Numbered from the stretch's first letter, positions 39,724-50,244 are shown. The stretch: DNA of 64,000 nucleotides from an uncultured bacterium (GCA_947085985.1 CAMTYL010000004.1:61547-125546), one strand, 5' to 3'. Translations and numbers: made by a program. Notes: generated by a model not told the origin, from the sequence alone.

Positions 39724-41202
39724 CTACCCCGCACCCCTTGGGTGCGGGGTAGTTTTTGTATAGCGATGCACGAGTAGGAATAGTGCGCCATACAAAAGCA
39801 CGACGATAAAAAATGGAAACTGCGCAATCGTGTGTGCGGCGAGCGGAAGCTCGGCACTTATCGTTGCAATTGAAATGATTACGGAGAGTACCACGTATGC
39901 GGGAAGCCCTGCGATTGGTGCTACGACAGGAAGCACGAGCCCCACGATTCCTGCAACGAACGATAGCAGCATCGCAAGCGGCACGAGTGGAAGCGCAAGT
40001 ATGTTTGCAGGAACTGATACGAGTGAGAGTGTGCCGGTTTGGTAGAGAAGAAGTGGAAGCACAAACGCCTGCGCGGAAATAGTTGTGGCACACACCTCAC
40101 GCAGCACGCTACTACGTATCCATGCTAGCCATCCTGAAACAATGGGTGCGCCCACAATGATGCCAAGTGTTGCGGCAAACGAAAATTGAAACCCGGGATC
40201 GTGAAGAAGCAGGTAGGGATTCCACGCAACCATCAGCACAAACACTACGAGCAAGATACGTAACGCGTCATACGTTCTACCTGTGGCACGAGCAAACAAA
40301 CCGACACACGCCATTGCTCCTGCACGGAACGCCGAAGCTCCGGCGCCGGCAGAAAGTACAAAGAGTACAATCGTAAGCGCGGCCGCACTTGTGGCAAGCA
40401 TCTTTGGCGCACGTCGCAACATGCGCATGACCGCCTCGGCGACAATCATGACGTTGTACCCGGACAAAACCACAATGGGGAGCAGTCCCGAGAGAGTGAA
40501 CGCAAGCAGTAACTCTTTCCCAAGACCTTGTTTGCCACCTACAAGCATTCCCATTGCAAGCGAGCTTGCCGGTTCGGGAATGGCTGCTGACACTCCTTCT
40601 GCAAATTCTTTGCGCACGATAAAGAGTGTGCGGAGTATCTGCATAGAGAGTGGCACTGATGCTCCCCCTATTTCTACGTCGGCTCTGGGCAGCATGAGTA
40701 CAATGCCGTCTTTGCGAAGATAGGCTGGGTAATCAAACACGCGCCCGCCAAGTGTTTCAAATGGTTCCGGGTAGGAGAGCTCGCCCGTGACACGCACCGA
40801 GTCTCCATAGAGCAGTACGGGGTGCAGTGGCACCACCGCAAGCACGCGCTCACGCGCACTTCCTCGCACTACCTCCACAACAACTCTCTGTGATGACTCA
40901 CGAATGTCGGGGTCTGCTACGATCACCCCGTCATACGTCCCCGCCGTGTGGATGTGTGCCACAAACACTTCCGGCACACGGTGCTCTGCGAGCGTCATGC
41001 GCGCACTGCCAAGCACTACGCTCAACAGAAACACTGCCGTGAGTGTGTACGCAAGAACTCTCCACAACACTCCAGCACCCACAAGTACAAGTGCCACAAG
41101 AACGATGAACGCCAGCACGTGCCACTCGTATATAAAAAGTGAGCGGCATGCAATGCCGCTCACTAGTCCGATTCCTCCTATCAAAAGACCCGGGCGCATC
41201 AT
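39724..41202 (-). CDS. comEC: ComEC competence/membrane domain protein
   Basis: FDYPAYL, VLSGYNV, SAFRAG, NPY...GFQFSFAAT. Confidence 0.9.
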   Translation of the reverse strand: MMRPGLLIGGIGLVSGIACRSLFIYEWHVLAFIVLVALVLVGAGVLWRVLAYTLTAVFLLSVVLGSARMTLAEHRVPEVFVAHIHTAGTYDGVIVADPDIRESSQRVVVEVVRGSARERVLAVVPLHPVLLYGDSVRVTGELSYPEPFETLGGRVFDYPAYLRKDGIVLMLPRADVEIGGASVPLSMQILRTLFIVRKEFAEGVSAAIPEPASSLAMGMLVGGKQGLGKELLLAFTLSGLLPIVVLSGYNVMIVAEAVMRMLRRAPKMLATSAAALTIVLFVLSAGAGASAFRAGAMACVGLFARATGRTYDALRILLVVFVLMVAWNPYLLLHDPGFQFSFAATLGIIVGAPIVSGWLAWIRSSVLREVCATTISAQAFVLPLLLYQTGTLSLVSVPANILALPLVPLAMLLSFVAGIVGLVLPVVAPIAGLPAYVVLSVIISIATISAELPLAAHTIAQFPFFIVVLLYGALFLLVHRYTKTTPHPRGAG

Positions 41203-41211
41203 TGCTCCTAA

Positions 41212-41334
41212 GCGTATGTTCAAAAATTTTCATATGCAAGGCACGAGCGAGGACGACGGCGAGCTGTACGAGTCTGTACAGCGAACCGTTCCCGCAGCAA
41301 GAAACGCAGCAGATGGAAGTTTTGGGACGTGCGC
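41212..41334 (+). repeat. structured intergenic element, copy E
   Basis: gcgtatgttcaaaaattttc ATATGCAAGGCACGAG...TGTAC-gagtct-GTACA...AACGCAGCAGATG gaagttttgggacgtgcgc. Confidence 0.8.
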
Positions 41335-41335
41335 C

Positions 41336-41752
41336 CTAGCGACCTCGGTCCATCGCTTCATTCGCTAATGCATCAGCCTCTGTGTTGTCCTCGCGATACA
41401 CGTGCGTAAACGTAAGTGCCTTAAAATTTCTTCCGACCTCTTTTACCTTTGCTGCCAGTGGCACAATATTTGGATGCTTGATTTTGTATTCCCCATTCAT
41501 CTGCCTCACCACCAGCTGACTATCAAGCCGTGCTTCTACTGACGCGCTAGCACTCGCTGCACCAAGCAGTGCGAATAGTCCTTCTAGTGCAGAGAGGAGT
41601 GCGGTGTACTCTGCGACGTTATTGGTTGTGACACCAAGATACTGCGAGACCGTCACCACCTGCACACCCTCCTCGTCGCGCACGAGTGCACCTGCCCCAG
41701 CAGGACCTGGGTTTCCACGAGAGCCTCCATCGGCGTACAAAACAAAATGCAT
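41336..41752 (-). CDS. rnhA: ribonuclease HI
   Basis: DGGSRGNPG, TNNVAEY, DSQLV, ADALAN. Confidence 0.95.
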   Translation of the reverse strand: MHFVLYADGGSRGNPGPAGAGALVRDEEGVQVVTVSQYLGVTTNNVAEYTALLSALEGLFALLGAASASASVEARLDSQLVVRQMNGEYKIKHPNIVPLAAKVKEVGRNFKALTFTHVYREDNTEADALANEAMDRGR

Positions 41753-41837
41753 GATGGCAGCAGTATACCAAACCTCTCCCTACCAAATTCAAAACACTAC
41801 CATATATGGTAGTGTTTCCGTTTTGTGATTCTGACTA

Positions 41838-43562
41838 CTATCTGATACCAAGCAGGCGTAGTCGTACGGGCTGACCGCGAGAGAACTGATCGCGCTCAAG
41901 GAAGGCGTGCACATGCACCTCACTTCCTGGTGAGATTCGATCGGGAGCCTTGCCCAAATCACGGCGGGCAAAAAATGCAATCGCCTCGAGCGGTCCCTCT
42001 TCGCGCTTGATGTACACACGTAAATGCTCAGACGATTTTCCAAACCACGCGATTCGCTCAATGCGAACATGTTGCAGTGACACCGTTGGCTTTGGATTGC
42101 CCATACCAAACGGAGCGAGCATTTCTAACTGCTTCAAAAGCGCGTGAGTAATGTCGCTTGCAGAAAGTACTAAGTCCGCACGAACATCTTCCACTCCTCC
42201 CTTGTGGGCCAACCGTGCGTGCGCTTCTGCCAACTTCTTTGGTAAATCAAACACTGCTTCTGGAAGCACAGAGAATCCGCCCGCCGCTGCGTGCCCACCA
42301 AACCCCGCAAGCACTCCCGCGTCTACTTCTTGCATCAACTCCACCACATGCACATTTCCCGGGCCTCCACGACAGGAACCCTTCAGTGCCTCATTCCCCT
42401 CGCGTCCCCACAAAAAAACTGGTCGCTCGTATTCGTCGGCAATACCACTTGCAACCAGCCCCAGTAGTCCTGGTCGCCACTCGGGGTCACCAAGCACGAT
42501 GACGGAGGGAATGTCGCCTTCAGCTTCGCGCAAACGCTCAAGCTTAGCGTGCACACTTTTGGTAATTGCTCCTGCCGACGCTTTGCGAGAACGGTTCACT
42601 GCCTCAAGCGTGCGGGCGAGTTCTGTGGCCTCGTCTTCACTTGTCGTAGTGAGAAGTTCAAATGCGTCGCGCGGGTTTCCCATGCGACTCGCCGCGTTGA
42701 TTCGGGGCGCTATCATAAAGCCGACATCATCCTCGGTTATGAATCGTTGATTCACGCGCGCTATGGCGCAGAGTTTCTGAAAGCCAATGCGTGGAGACTT
42801 GCGCATTACTAAGAGTCCGTACTTTGCAATAACTCTGTTCTCTCCAGTCAGCGGCACCATGTCGGCAATGGTTGCGAGTCCTGCCAAATCTAGGAGCCAC
42901 TTTTCCCAGCCGACCGGTATAAGCTCTCGCCCGACAAAGCCGTGAGCCAACACCGCGCACACGAGTTTCCAGGCAACGCCTGCACCACAGAGAGACTTGT
43001 ATGGATACGTTTCTTCTTCGCGAGCGTTTGGGTTTAGAATCGCAAACGCATCTGGCAGCTTTTCTTGCGGCAGGTGGTGGTCGGTGACAATCACGTCCAT
43101 GCCAAGCTCGCGCGCGCGTGCAATTGCCTCCACATCAGTAATACCTGAATCAACGGTGATGATGAGCGTGGTTCCCTCTTTAGCGAGCGTTTCAATTCCC
43201 GCACTGTTCACGCCGTATCCTTCTAGGTGGCGGTGCGGAATGTAGTTGGTAAAGTTTGCGCCCGCCTTTTTTAGAAAATCATGCATCAAGGAGCCTCCGG
43301 GAATCCCGTCGCAGTCGTAATCACTCCACACCGTGATGCGCTCGTGGTTATTGATAGCTTCTGCAACACGCGCAGCGGCCTTTGCCATATCCAACATTAA
43401 AAATGGGTCGTGGATGTGCTCTTCGTAGGAGGGGGCGAGAAACGCAGCAGCCTCTTCCCGAGTAGTGACTCCGCGGCGAACCAAGAGCGAGGCGGTCAGG
43501 TCGTCGTACGCAGAAAGCTCCTTGCGAATGGTCTCATCTATGACGTCGTGGAGGGTGAACAT
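41838..43562 (-). CDS. recJ: ssDNA exonuclease RecJ
   Basis: DYDCDG, TVDSG, TDHH, PRINAASR, GGHAAAGG. Confidence 0.96.
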   Translation of the reverse strand: MFTLHDVIDETIRKELSAYDDLTASLLVRRGVTTREEAAAFLAPSYEEHIHDPFLMLDMAKAAARVAEAINNHERITVWSDYDCDGIPGGSLMHDFLKKAGANFTNYIPHRHLEGYGVNSAGIETLAKEGTTLIITVDSGITDVEAIARARELGMDVIVTDHHLPQEKLPDAFAILNPNAREEETYPYKSLCGAGVAWKLVCAVLAHGFVGRELIPVGWEKWLLDLAGLATIADMVPLTGENRVIAKYGLLVMRKSPRIGFQKLCAIARVNQRFITEDDVGFMIAPRINAASRMGNPRDAFELLTTTSEDEATELARTLEAVNRSRKASAGAITKSVHAKLERLREAEGDIPSVIVLGDPEWRPGLLGLVASGIADEYERPVFLWGREGNEALKGSCRGGPGNVHVVELMQEVDAGVLAGFGGHAAAGGFSVLPEAVFDLPKKLAEAHARLAHKGGVEDVRADLVLSASDITHALLKQLEMLAPFGMGNPKPTVSLQHVRIERIAWFGKSSEHLRVYIKREEGPLEAIAFFARRDLGKAPDRISPGSEVHVHAFLERDQFSRGQPVRLRLLGIR

Positions 43563-43607
43563 GCCGTCGCATTGTACCCCAGAGTGTCTATTGTATGCTT
43601 GGGGGAT

Positions 43608-44021
43608 ATGGAAGACAGCATTTTTTCAAAGATTGTTCGAAAGGAAATCCCTGCAGATATTGTGTATGAGGACGAGCACACCCTCGCCTTTCTAGACATT
43701 GCACCAAACGTACTAGGGCACACACTCGTGATTCCAAAAGAGCCGTTCAGAAACATCTTTGATATCGACGAGGAAACTCTTGCACGGGTTATGGAGACGG
43801 TGCGGAAAGTGGCCCCAGCAGTTCGCGACTCTGTAGGAGCCAAGGGTGTGCATATTAACTCAAATCACGAGCACGAGGGTGGTCAGGAAGTATTCCACCT
43901 TCACTTCCACATCATTCCTCGTCACGCACGCGAAGAATTTGAATTTTGCTGGCCTAAAATTGAGCTTAATCGTAGTAAGGCCGACGCAATCGCCGAAGCT
44001 ATTCGCAAGAATATTGTTTAA
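43608..44021 (+). CDS. HIT family hydrolase
   Basis: SIFSKIVRKEIP, HLHFHIIPR; ATG at 43608. Confidence 0.93.
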   Translation: MEDSIFSKIVRKEIPADIVYEDEHTLAFLDIAPNVLGHTLVIPKEPFRNIFDIDEETLARVMETVRKVAPAVRDSVGAKGVHINSNHEHEGGQEVFHLHFHIIPRHAREEFEFCWPKIELNRSKADAIAEAIRKNIV

Positions 44022-45151
44022 CGCGAAAGCGCGCCTATTCCTGGGAGCGACCCCTGTGCTAAGAATTCAAGCATAGCGCCCCCTCCCGTTGAGATAAATC
44101 CGAAGCGGTCGTTTAATCCGAGCTTTTCTATCGCTGCAACAGTGTCTCCCCCACCCACAATGGAGTGCGCGCTACTCTTTGCGATGGCACGCGCAAGCGC
44201 CTCGGTCCCCTCGGTATACCCATTCTCATAATTCCCCAGTGGCCCGTTCCACAGAATAGTCTTTGCTTTACTGCAAAGTCCCGCAAGCATCTCCACCGTC
44301 TTTGGGCCGTCGTCCAAAATTGCTTCAAATGGCGCGACACCATCAAGCACGCCGACACGCCCCCCACCCCTACTCCCAGGCTCTCCAATCACCGTATCAA
44401 GCGGTAGCAGAAGTCGCTTATGAAGAAGCAGTGCACGTATTTCTTCCTGTCCCTCCGTAGAGCGTAGCGACAACTCGGTCGGAATACCTTGCTCTGCCAT
44501 AAAGTCGTTTGCCAGTGCTCCTCCCACAAATACGTTGGTGTAGCCAGACAACAATCGCCTCAGTACCGCTTGTTTTGTCGCGAATTTTGCGCCACCGATA
44601 ATGGCAAGTGAGGGTGATTTTGGCTTTAGCGCACGCGAGAGCTCGCGCACTTCTTCTTCGACCAAGAGCCCTGCATAGGAAGGCAGAAATGTGGGAACGC
44701 CAACAACCGAGGCGTGCGCCCGGTGACACACATCAAACGAGTCCTGCACAAATACATCCGCAAGTTGCGCTAACTCGCGCGCAAACGCTTCATCGTTCAG
44801 CTTCTCGCCCCGCTGCCTGCGCACGTTTTCAAGCATTAAAACTTCTCCCGCAGGGAGCGCCCTCACAGCGGCAAGCGCCTGTGGCCCCGTAGTGACCGGG
44901 CAAAAAGCGATGCGCGGAAAGAACTCTTTCATTGCCTCATACACGGGGAGTAGCGTCTCCGTCCCCTGGTCTCCTATGTGTCCCAGCAAAATTACTTTTG
45001 CGTGCCGCGAAAGTAAATACTCAATCGTTGGCAGTGCTTGGCGCAACCGGAAGTTCCCAGCCACTTTCCCATCTGCAACGGGAACGTTCAGTGCGCACCG
45101 CACTAAGACAGGGACATTTTCCAATTTTTTGCATTCTGAGAGCAACTTCAT
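44018..45151 (-). CDS. pgk: phosphoglycerate kinase (divergent)
   Basis: HRAHAS, GGAK, WNGPLG, GGGDT, STGGGA. Confidence 0.9.
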   Translation of the reverse strand: MKLLSECKKLENVPVLVRCALNVPVADGKVAGNFRLRQALPTIEYLLSRHAKVILLGHIGDQGTETLLPVYEAMKEFFPRIAFCPVTTGPQALAAVRALPAGEVLMLENVRRQRGEKLNDEAFARELAQLADVFVQDSFDVCHRAHASVVGVPTFLPSYAGLLVEEEVRELSRALKPKSPSLAIIGGAKFATKQAVLRRLLSGYTNVFVGGALANDFMAEQGIPTELSLRSTEGQEEIRALLLHKRLLLPLDTVIGEPGSRGGGRVGVLDGVAPFEAILDDGPKTVEMLAGLCSKAKTILWNGPLGNYENGYTEGTEALARAIAKSSAHSIVGGGDTVAAIEKLGLNDRFGFISTGGGAMLEFLAQGSLPGIGALSR

Positions 45152-45191
45152 TCCCCCATACTACCGCACGCGTGTCGTATACTATCCATAT

Positions 45192-45386
45192 ATGGAACCA
45201 ACACTCGCCGACGTAGCCCAAAAATTGGACGTCGTAGCTGCGTCAGTTGAAAAGACCCGCCGCTATATGCAGTGGACATTCATTATTACTACCGTTGCAC
45301 TCCTGCTTCCGCTTGTGGCGGCAATAGTGATTGTGCCGTTTGCGCTTTCTGGCTACGCCACGACTCTTGAAGCGCTCGTTCAGTAG
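45192..45386 (+). CDS. small membrane protein
   Basis: TATACT then ATG at 45192; one TM. Confidence 0.7.
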   Translation: MEPTLADVAQKLDVVAASVEKTRRYMQWTFIITTVALLLPLVAAIVIVPFALSGYATTLEALVQ

Positions 45387-46124
45387 CTACTTGAGCGCCT
45401 GCAGAAGTGCAGTGTAGGTGAGCGGGTCAGCGCTTGCGTGGCCTACCAGAAATCCGTCTATTCCAGAACCGTCTGCAAGCACGGGTGCGTTGGCAGCTTC
45501 TGCAGACCCTCCGTAGAGCACGCGAATCTTTGCCGCTGCCTTTCCTGGCACAAAATCGCCGAGCACCTTTCTAATGTAGGAAACCATCTCGCGCAGGTCC
45601 TCTGCAGTGATTGCTTCGTCTGCCGTTTTCCCAATCGCCCACAGTGGCTCGTAGGCAACTATCACCTCCATACGTTCTTTCTGTGTGAGTGCATCAAAGA
45701 GTGAAGAGAGCTGCGAGCGGACCGTCTTTAAATACTGGGCGTCTTCATCTCGCTCGCGCTCCCCTACGCACAAAATAGGGGTGAGGCCGTGCGCAAGCGC
45801 ATGGCGCACTTTCTCAATAATGACAGCGTCTGTCTCTCCCATGGCGCGACGCTCTGAGTGACCAACGATAGTATAGGTGGCACCAAGAGACGCGACCGCT
45901 CCTGCAGTCACCTCTCCTGTTGCGGCTCCTCCAAGCGTAGCGGAGACATCCTGTGCTCCAAGTGAGAAACCTTTTTGCCCGGAGAACATTCCTATGTAGG
46001 GAGCAGGTACACAAAGTACGAGCTCGTGAGTACTTCCCTTTCCGAGCTTTTGTGCGGCTGTCACGAGCGCCTTTGCCGAAGCGCTTGATTCTACGTAGGC
46101 CTTCCAATTTGAGACGATGAGCAT
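45387..46124 (-). CDS. tpiA: triosephosphate isomerase
   Basis: NWK, GHSERR, AYEPLWAIG, YGGS. Confidence 0.97.
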   Translation of the reverse strand: MLIVSNWKAYVESSASAKALVTAAQKLGKGSTHELVLCVPAPYIGMFSGQKGFSLGAQDVSATLGGAATGEVTAGAVASLGATYTIVGHSERRAMGETDAVIIEKVRHALAHGLTPILCVGERERDEDAQYLKTVRSQLSSLFDALTQKERMEVIVAYEPLWAIGKTADEAITAEDLREMVSYIRKVLGDFVPGKAAAKIRVLYGGSAEAANAPVLADGSGIDGFLVGHASADPLTYTALLQALK

Positions 46125-46213
46125 ATGCCCATAATGCTAGCACGCACACAAAAGAAAACAGCCCGTGACTTGGCACGAGCCGTTTTAGCCCCATGAAACT
46201 CTAGACCCGAAGG

Positions 46214-46624
46214 CTAGGGCTTATAGGAACAAAGGATTTCTTCTACGTCGCTCCCCATGCGGGCCAGCGCGAGAGGAGAGTACTCGCGTACCAACCCTTC
46301 GGACTGAAGAAGGAGTATTGGACCGGTGTAGAGAAAGTACAGAGTGAACAGTTCCTCCCCGCAAACGTTCTCACCGAAGAACTGCCACGCCTGCCGGCCA
46401 CCCGTTACAGGTGCAAAGAAGCGCAGCAGCGCAATACGCTCCAGCCGATAGTCCGCGTGGCTAGGCATGCCGTGCCCCGCTTCTTTCGTAGCGGTGACTA
46501 TGACTGCCCGGTGCAGGTGGATATTTTTCACCTGAGCAGCAACGATTCGCCGCTTCGCGTGCTCCATGCGTACATGAACGCTTGGCTCAAACAGACCAAT
46601 CGTCAATCTAGAAGGTACCGACAT
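46214..46624 (-). CDS. orphan hypothetical protein
   Basis: AAGGGAG SD; fills the gap between the pilin cluster and tpiA. Confidence 0.5.
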   Translation of the reverse strand: MSVPSRLTIGLFEPSVHVRMEHAKRRIVAAQVKNIHLHRAVIVTATKEAGHGMPSHADYRLERIALLRFFAPVTGGRQAWQFFGENVCGEELFTLYFLYTGPILLLQSEGLVREYSPLALARMGSDVEEILCSYKP

Positions 46625-46699
46625 TTCCCCACTCCCTTACTGACCTCCCGACGAAGTCTCTGTATCTGTTTTGCACGATAACTCAATAAAACGCAAGGA

Positions 46700-48121
46700 T
46701 TACTCCTGACGCCAGTCCACAAACTCGTAGTCGGTGGAGGTGTGTGGGGTGAACGGAGGCGGGTCGGTGGAAAGCTTTCTATCAAATGCATCAATACGCA
46801 ACTGGTACCCTGCGTCCCCTGACCAGCCGCACCCGTTTATCCACTGCGTACCCGTGCGGAGATTTGAAACGGTAGTTCCCAAAATAGTGAGCGTGCCCCG
46901 TGGCTCATAGGTTCCTGGGCAGCTGTAGAGGTTGCGACCAAATGCTCCGCCTTGTGCAATAAATACGCCGTTGAGCGTCATGTTCTGTGGCGAGTTTGGC
47001 GTAATGAGTACGTTATTTTCAGCGATGAGTGTGAGTCCGTCCGTGCCATCTGTAGCTGCGTACGTTAGATTTCCTGGAAGCATCACGTTTGGGGCAATAC
47101 CCGTAGTGGTCACGTTTGCTGCGACCACAGTCACCTTTCTATCCACCACGCCATCCACCCACAAGTTGTCCTCCACAAAGATGAGGCCGCAGTTTGCGGG
47201 AATAGTGTATGTGCCATACAGCGTTTCGTTTGAGATCAGAGTCCTATCAAGAGAGTCCGCTGGGTTTATGTACGTGGAGGAGAGCGAGGTGGTGGAAGTC
47301 ACCCTACGCACCGTCACCGTCCCATTACCATTAAACGTGAGCCGGTAGCCGCGCCAATAGTTAGCCTGATTACTGTTTCCCGAGCTGTAGCGCGGAAAGT
47401 ATAGGCCGCTTGCGTTAGCAGTTGTTTTCAAGTTAGTGAAGTCCGCAGCAATACCGGCAAAATCTACCTGTGGCACCGGGTATTCCCACAAGGACTGATT
47501 CGGCCCCGCTCCCCACACACCAGCCTTTGTCTGATTTGGCGAGCAACCAAACGACGAGGTGCACAACCATGACGCGAGTGAACTGGTCACCGGAGCATTG
47601 GCCGTTCCGTCCATACGAATACCGCCATTGCTGTGGTAGGGGCCTGAAATAATGCGGTCATCGCCCGCCCATACGGTGCTGTTTAGCACGTAGGAGAACT
47701 GTGCCACGGTTGGCCTAGCGTAGCGCGCGACAATGGTTCGGTCGGCCGTGGGGTTCTCAATAGGTGTTCCGGTAGAGCGAATATCAATTGAGGTGGTTTG
47801 ACCGCAGGATGCGTTGCCAGTGATATTGAGCGTAACGGTTCCGGTCTGTCCGCCTTCTGGATCTTGATAGGGAATGGTGTAGGGACCGGGGGCTCCCGTG
47901 CCGTTTTGCAAATCGTTCGGGTTATGTGCCAAGACCCAGCGGTAGTACTCAAGTCCGGCTTCTGCAATAGCCAGGCCACGCGTACCTTCTGTCGCGTTCA
48001 TTTGAAGTCTGTTTTCAGTGAGCACGAAGCTTGCGAGAGCCCCGAGCACGCCAAAAAAGATTGAACCGAACACCAGTGCAGTGAGCATGAGGTAGCCACG
48101 AGTTGGTGCGTAGTGTTTCAT
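46700..48121 (-). CDS. PilX-like minor pilin
   Basis: RG|YLMLTAL prepilin site, AIAEAGLEY, HSNG. Confidence 0.8.
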   Translation of the reverse strand: MKHYAPTRGYLMLTALVFGSIFFGVLGALASFVLTENRLQMNATEGTRGLAIAEAGLEYYRWVLAHNPNDLQNGTGAPGPYTIPYQDPEGGQTGTVTLNITGNASCGQTTSIDIRSTGTPIENPTADRTIVARYARPTVAQFSYVLNSTVWAGDDRIISGPYHSNGGIRMDGTANAPVTSSLASWLCTSSFGCSPNQTKAGVWGAGPNQSLWEYPVPQVDFAGIAADFTNLKTTANASGLYFPRYSSGNSNQANYWRGYRLTFNGNGTVTVRRVTSTTSLSSTYINPADSLDRTLISNETLYGTYTIPANCGLIFVEDNLWVDGVVDRKVTVVAANVTTTGIAPNVMLPGNLTYAATDGTDGLTLIAENNVLITPNSPQNMTLNGVFIAQGGAFGRNLYSCPGTYEPRGTLTILGTTVSNLRTGTQWINGCGWSGDAGYQLRIDAFDRKLSTDPPPFTPHTSTDYEFVDWRQE

Positions 48122-48122
48122 A

Positions 48123-48701
48123 CTAATTGCGAAGATTTCGGAGCGTGGCAGTTCGCTCAAGCGTGACAATGTTTGGTGCGCGCTGTGGGTTTAAGTCAGT
48201 TTGCAACTGAATCCGCACCGAACGAATTGCTGCCACATCAATGGCGCCCGTCAGTTCAACACCCGCAGCGTTGTAGTAGCGAAAGAGCGGTGATGCGGCC
48301 GTGTTAGTAACGTACGTAGCCAGAGTAGAAATAGTCTCTGGTTGCGAAGCGTAGGAGGGCGGGTTCCCTCCTGCATTGGTGACTGCGCGGTACAGCGTAC
48401 CACCTGAGAGATAGAGTCGTATTTTTTCAACGGGTCTGTCGCTGTCTACATCGCTAAAGAACGTAATGGTTGACGTTGCTGCCGCGGATATGGGATAGGA
48501 GCCATCTTCACCATAGGAGGCCTCACGAATGTCTCGGTGCGATACGGTAAGACCGCGTGTAGCACTATCAATGGCGCTTGTCTGTTCTAGCAGGTAGGCG
48601 TTGGAGCGGTAAAAAAACGCAATCATGCCTGAGAGAGCGATACCTGCCGTACCAAGTATCGCAACCACTACCAATGTCTCCGCCAACGTGAATGCTTTCA
48701 T
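48123..48701 (-). CDS. prepilin-type (PilW-like) minor pilin
   Basis: KA|FTLAETLVVVAI. Confidence 0.85.
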   Translation of the reverse strand: MKAFTLAETLVVVAILGTAGIALSGMIAFFYRSNAYLLEQTSAIDSATRGLTVSHRDIREASYGEDGSYPISAAATSTITFFSDVDSDRPVEKIRLYLSGGTLYRAVTNAGGNPPSYASQPETISTLATYVTNTAASPLFRYYNAAGVELTGAIDVAAIRSVRIQLQTDLNPQRAPNIVTLERTATLRNLRN

Positions 48702-48703
48702 AG

Positions 48704-50167
48704 TTACTCTAGTATAAGGTTGGCTTCAAACGGAACTCCTGGATCGAGAGTGAACGGACTTGGAGTTGAAGAGGCCGAATTGATTGAAAGCGTGATGCCA
48801 CTGAGTGTGTACACGTCCCACTCAAGTGACCCCGTGTAGGTGGCGATGCTTCCTGTCGTGCTCGCTATGGTTGTTTTGTAAATAGGTACGCCGGCTCCTG
48901 TAGAGCCCTTTTGCTTAGCTCCCGTTAGGGTGAAGGAGATATTTGGTAGTGGCACAGGCCCCTCGTCATACATAATCCCCCAATCAAGTATCTGTGACGT
49001 CGTGGTGGTGCTTGTCGTATTCAGTGTTGCAGCAAGTGCAAGTGTTGGGTACGTACTAGTTGCGACACTAGCAAGTGAAACGGGGAATGAAGAAAAACCA
49101 GCCGCATTTCCAGGAAGCACTCCGTCTGGCAGTGGCACACCAGCACTATCTACAACGCGCACCAGGGCAGTGGTTCCAGCTGGCACGGTGAGCGTGCCTT
49201 GAAGCTGTTTCCATGCAACTAGATACTGAGGAGCAATAGCTACTCCACGGGCGCTTCCCGAAAGCTCATACCCTGCCCCACCACTTGAAAGACGCAGACT
49301 CCCCCCACTTACGGCAGTACCTGTCTGCGAAGAAAGGCCTGCGGCATTCGCAAAGGTGTCTGTCGTTGTCGTAGCTCGAACTGGTGAGAATGTGCGGAGG
49401 GTAAACGGTGTCAGCGTATCAATACTAAAGGTGCTCGTCGTCGTCTGCGCCTTGGCAACCGTTAGATAGCCTGGTGTCGGGTTCTGGTTTGTGGCGTCGC
49501 GTGCGTAGGTCTGCGCGCTTGAATACCCACCCTTATCTACCGTTATTCGATACTCTGTGGACGTGGGTGCGCCCGGTAGCTGCACATAACCCAGAGCATT
49601 GCTAAAGGTGCTGAAGGAAATTGCGGGGGTCGTGGCGCTGTTTTGAATTGAGACCGTGGCACCCGCAACAGGTGCGCCAGCAGCGTTTACTACTGCCACT
49701 GCTAGCGTGCCACCGTCCCCCGTTGTCTCAAGTCCAGGCGGTGCGTAGTTAGAGAGTAGCGAAACAGTGTGCGGCACACTGCGCACGGTGTAGCTTACTT
49801 CAACCTTTATTTGCTTATAATCAGTTTGAATTCCATTAGTGTCAGCCGCACCATACCCGTCCTTTGGGTCATCTATATACACAATAAGTGTGCGCGTATT
49901 GTAGGTGACACCATTTACCATCTGAGTACTGGTAGCCTGCACGACCCCCGCGGGTATTCCGCCGATGGTTCCAACCAGGTCGTAGTCAAGACCGCGAATG
50001 TATTCAAGCTGTGTTTCCGCAACGGACGTGGCACCAGCGCGCGCTTTTGCTATGCCGGAAATAAGAAGAGAGGCACGCAAGAGTCCGATGAGTCCCACGA
50101 ACACAATAAGGATGAGTGCGCAGCCAACAATCACATCTACAAATGACATACCGCGCGGTGCGTTCAT
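48704..50167 (-). CDS. minor pilin with carboxypeptidase-regulatory-like domain
   Basis: RG|MSFVDVIV; PVAGATVSI...YRITVDKGGY. Confidence 0.8.
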   Translation of the reverse strand: MNAPRGMSFVDVIVGCALILIVFVGLIGLLRASLLISGIAKARAGATSVAETQLEYIRGLDYDLVGTIGGIPAGVVQATSTQMVNGVTYNTRTLIVYIDDPKDGYGAADTNGIQTDYKQIKVEVSYTVRSVPHTVSLLSNYAPPGLETTGDGGTLAVAVVNAAGAPVAGATVSIQNSATTPAISFSTFSNALGYVQLPGAPTSTEYRITVDKGGYSSAQTYARDATNQNPTPGYLTVAKAQTTTSTFSIDTLTPFTLRTFSPVRATTTTDTFANAAGLSSQTGTAVSGGSLRLSSGGAGYELSGSARGVAIAPQYLVAWKQLQGTLTVPAGTTALVRVVDSAGVPLPDGVLPGNAAGFSSFPVSLASVATSTYPTLALAATLNTTSTTTTSQILDWGIMYDEGPVPLPNISFTLTGAKQKGSTGAGVPIYKTTIASTTGSIATYTGSLEWDVYTLSGITLSINSASSTPSPFTLDPGVPFEANLILE

Positions 50168-50244
50168 GTTTGTATGATAGCGCACGAATGTACTGTTCCC
50201 TCAGACCTTCGGTGCTCTCAAATTTCTTCGGTGCTTTGTGCCTA

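Noticed and set aside
50186-50244. Glycine riboswitch (GCACCGAAG on the - strand)
   Set aside because: The region is too short and lacks the GGAGA and CUCUCAGG elements.
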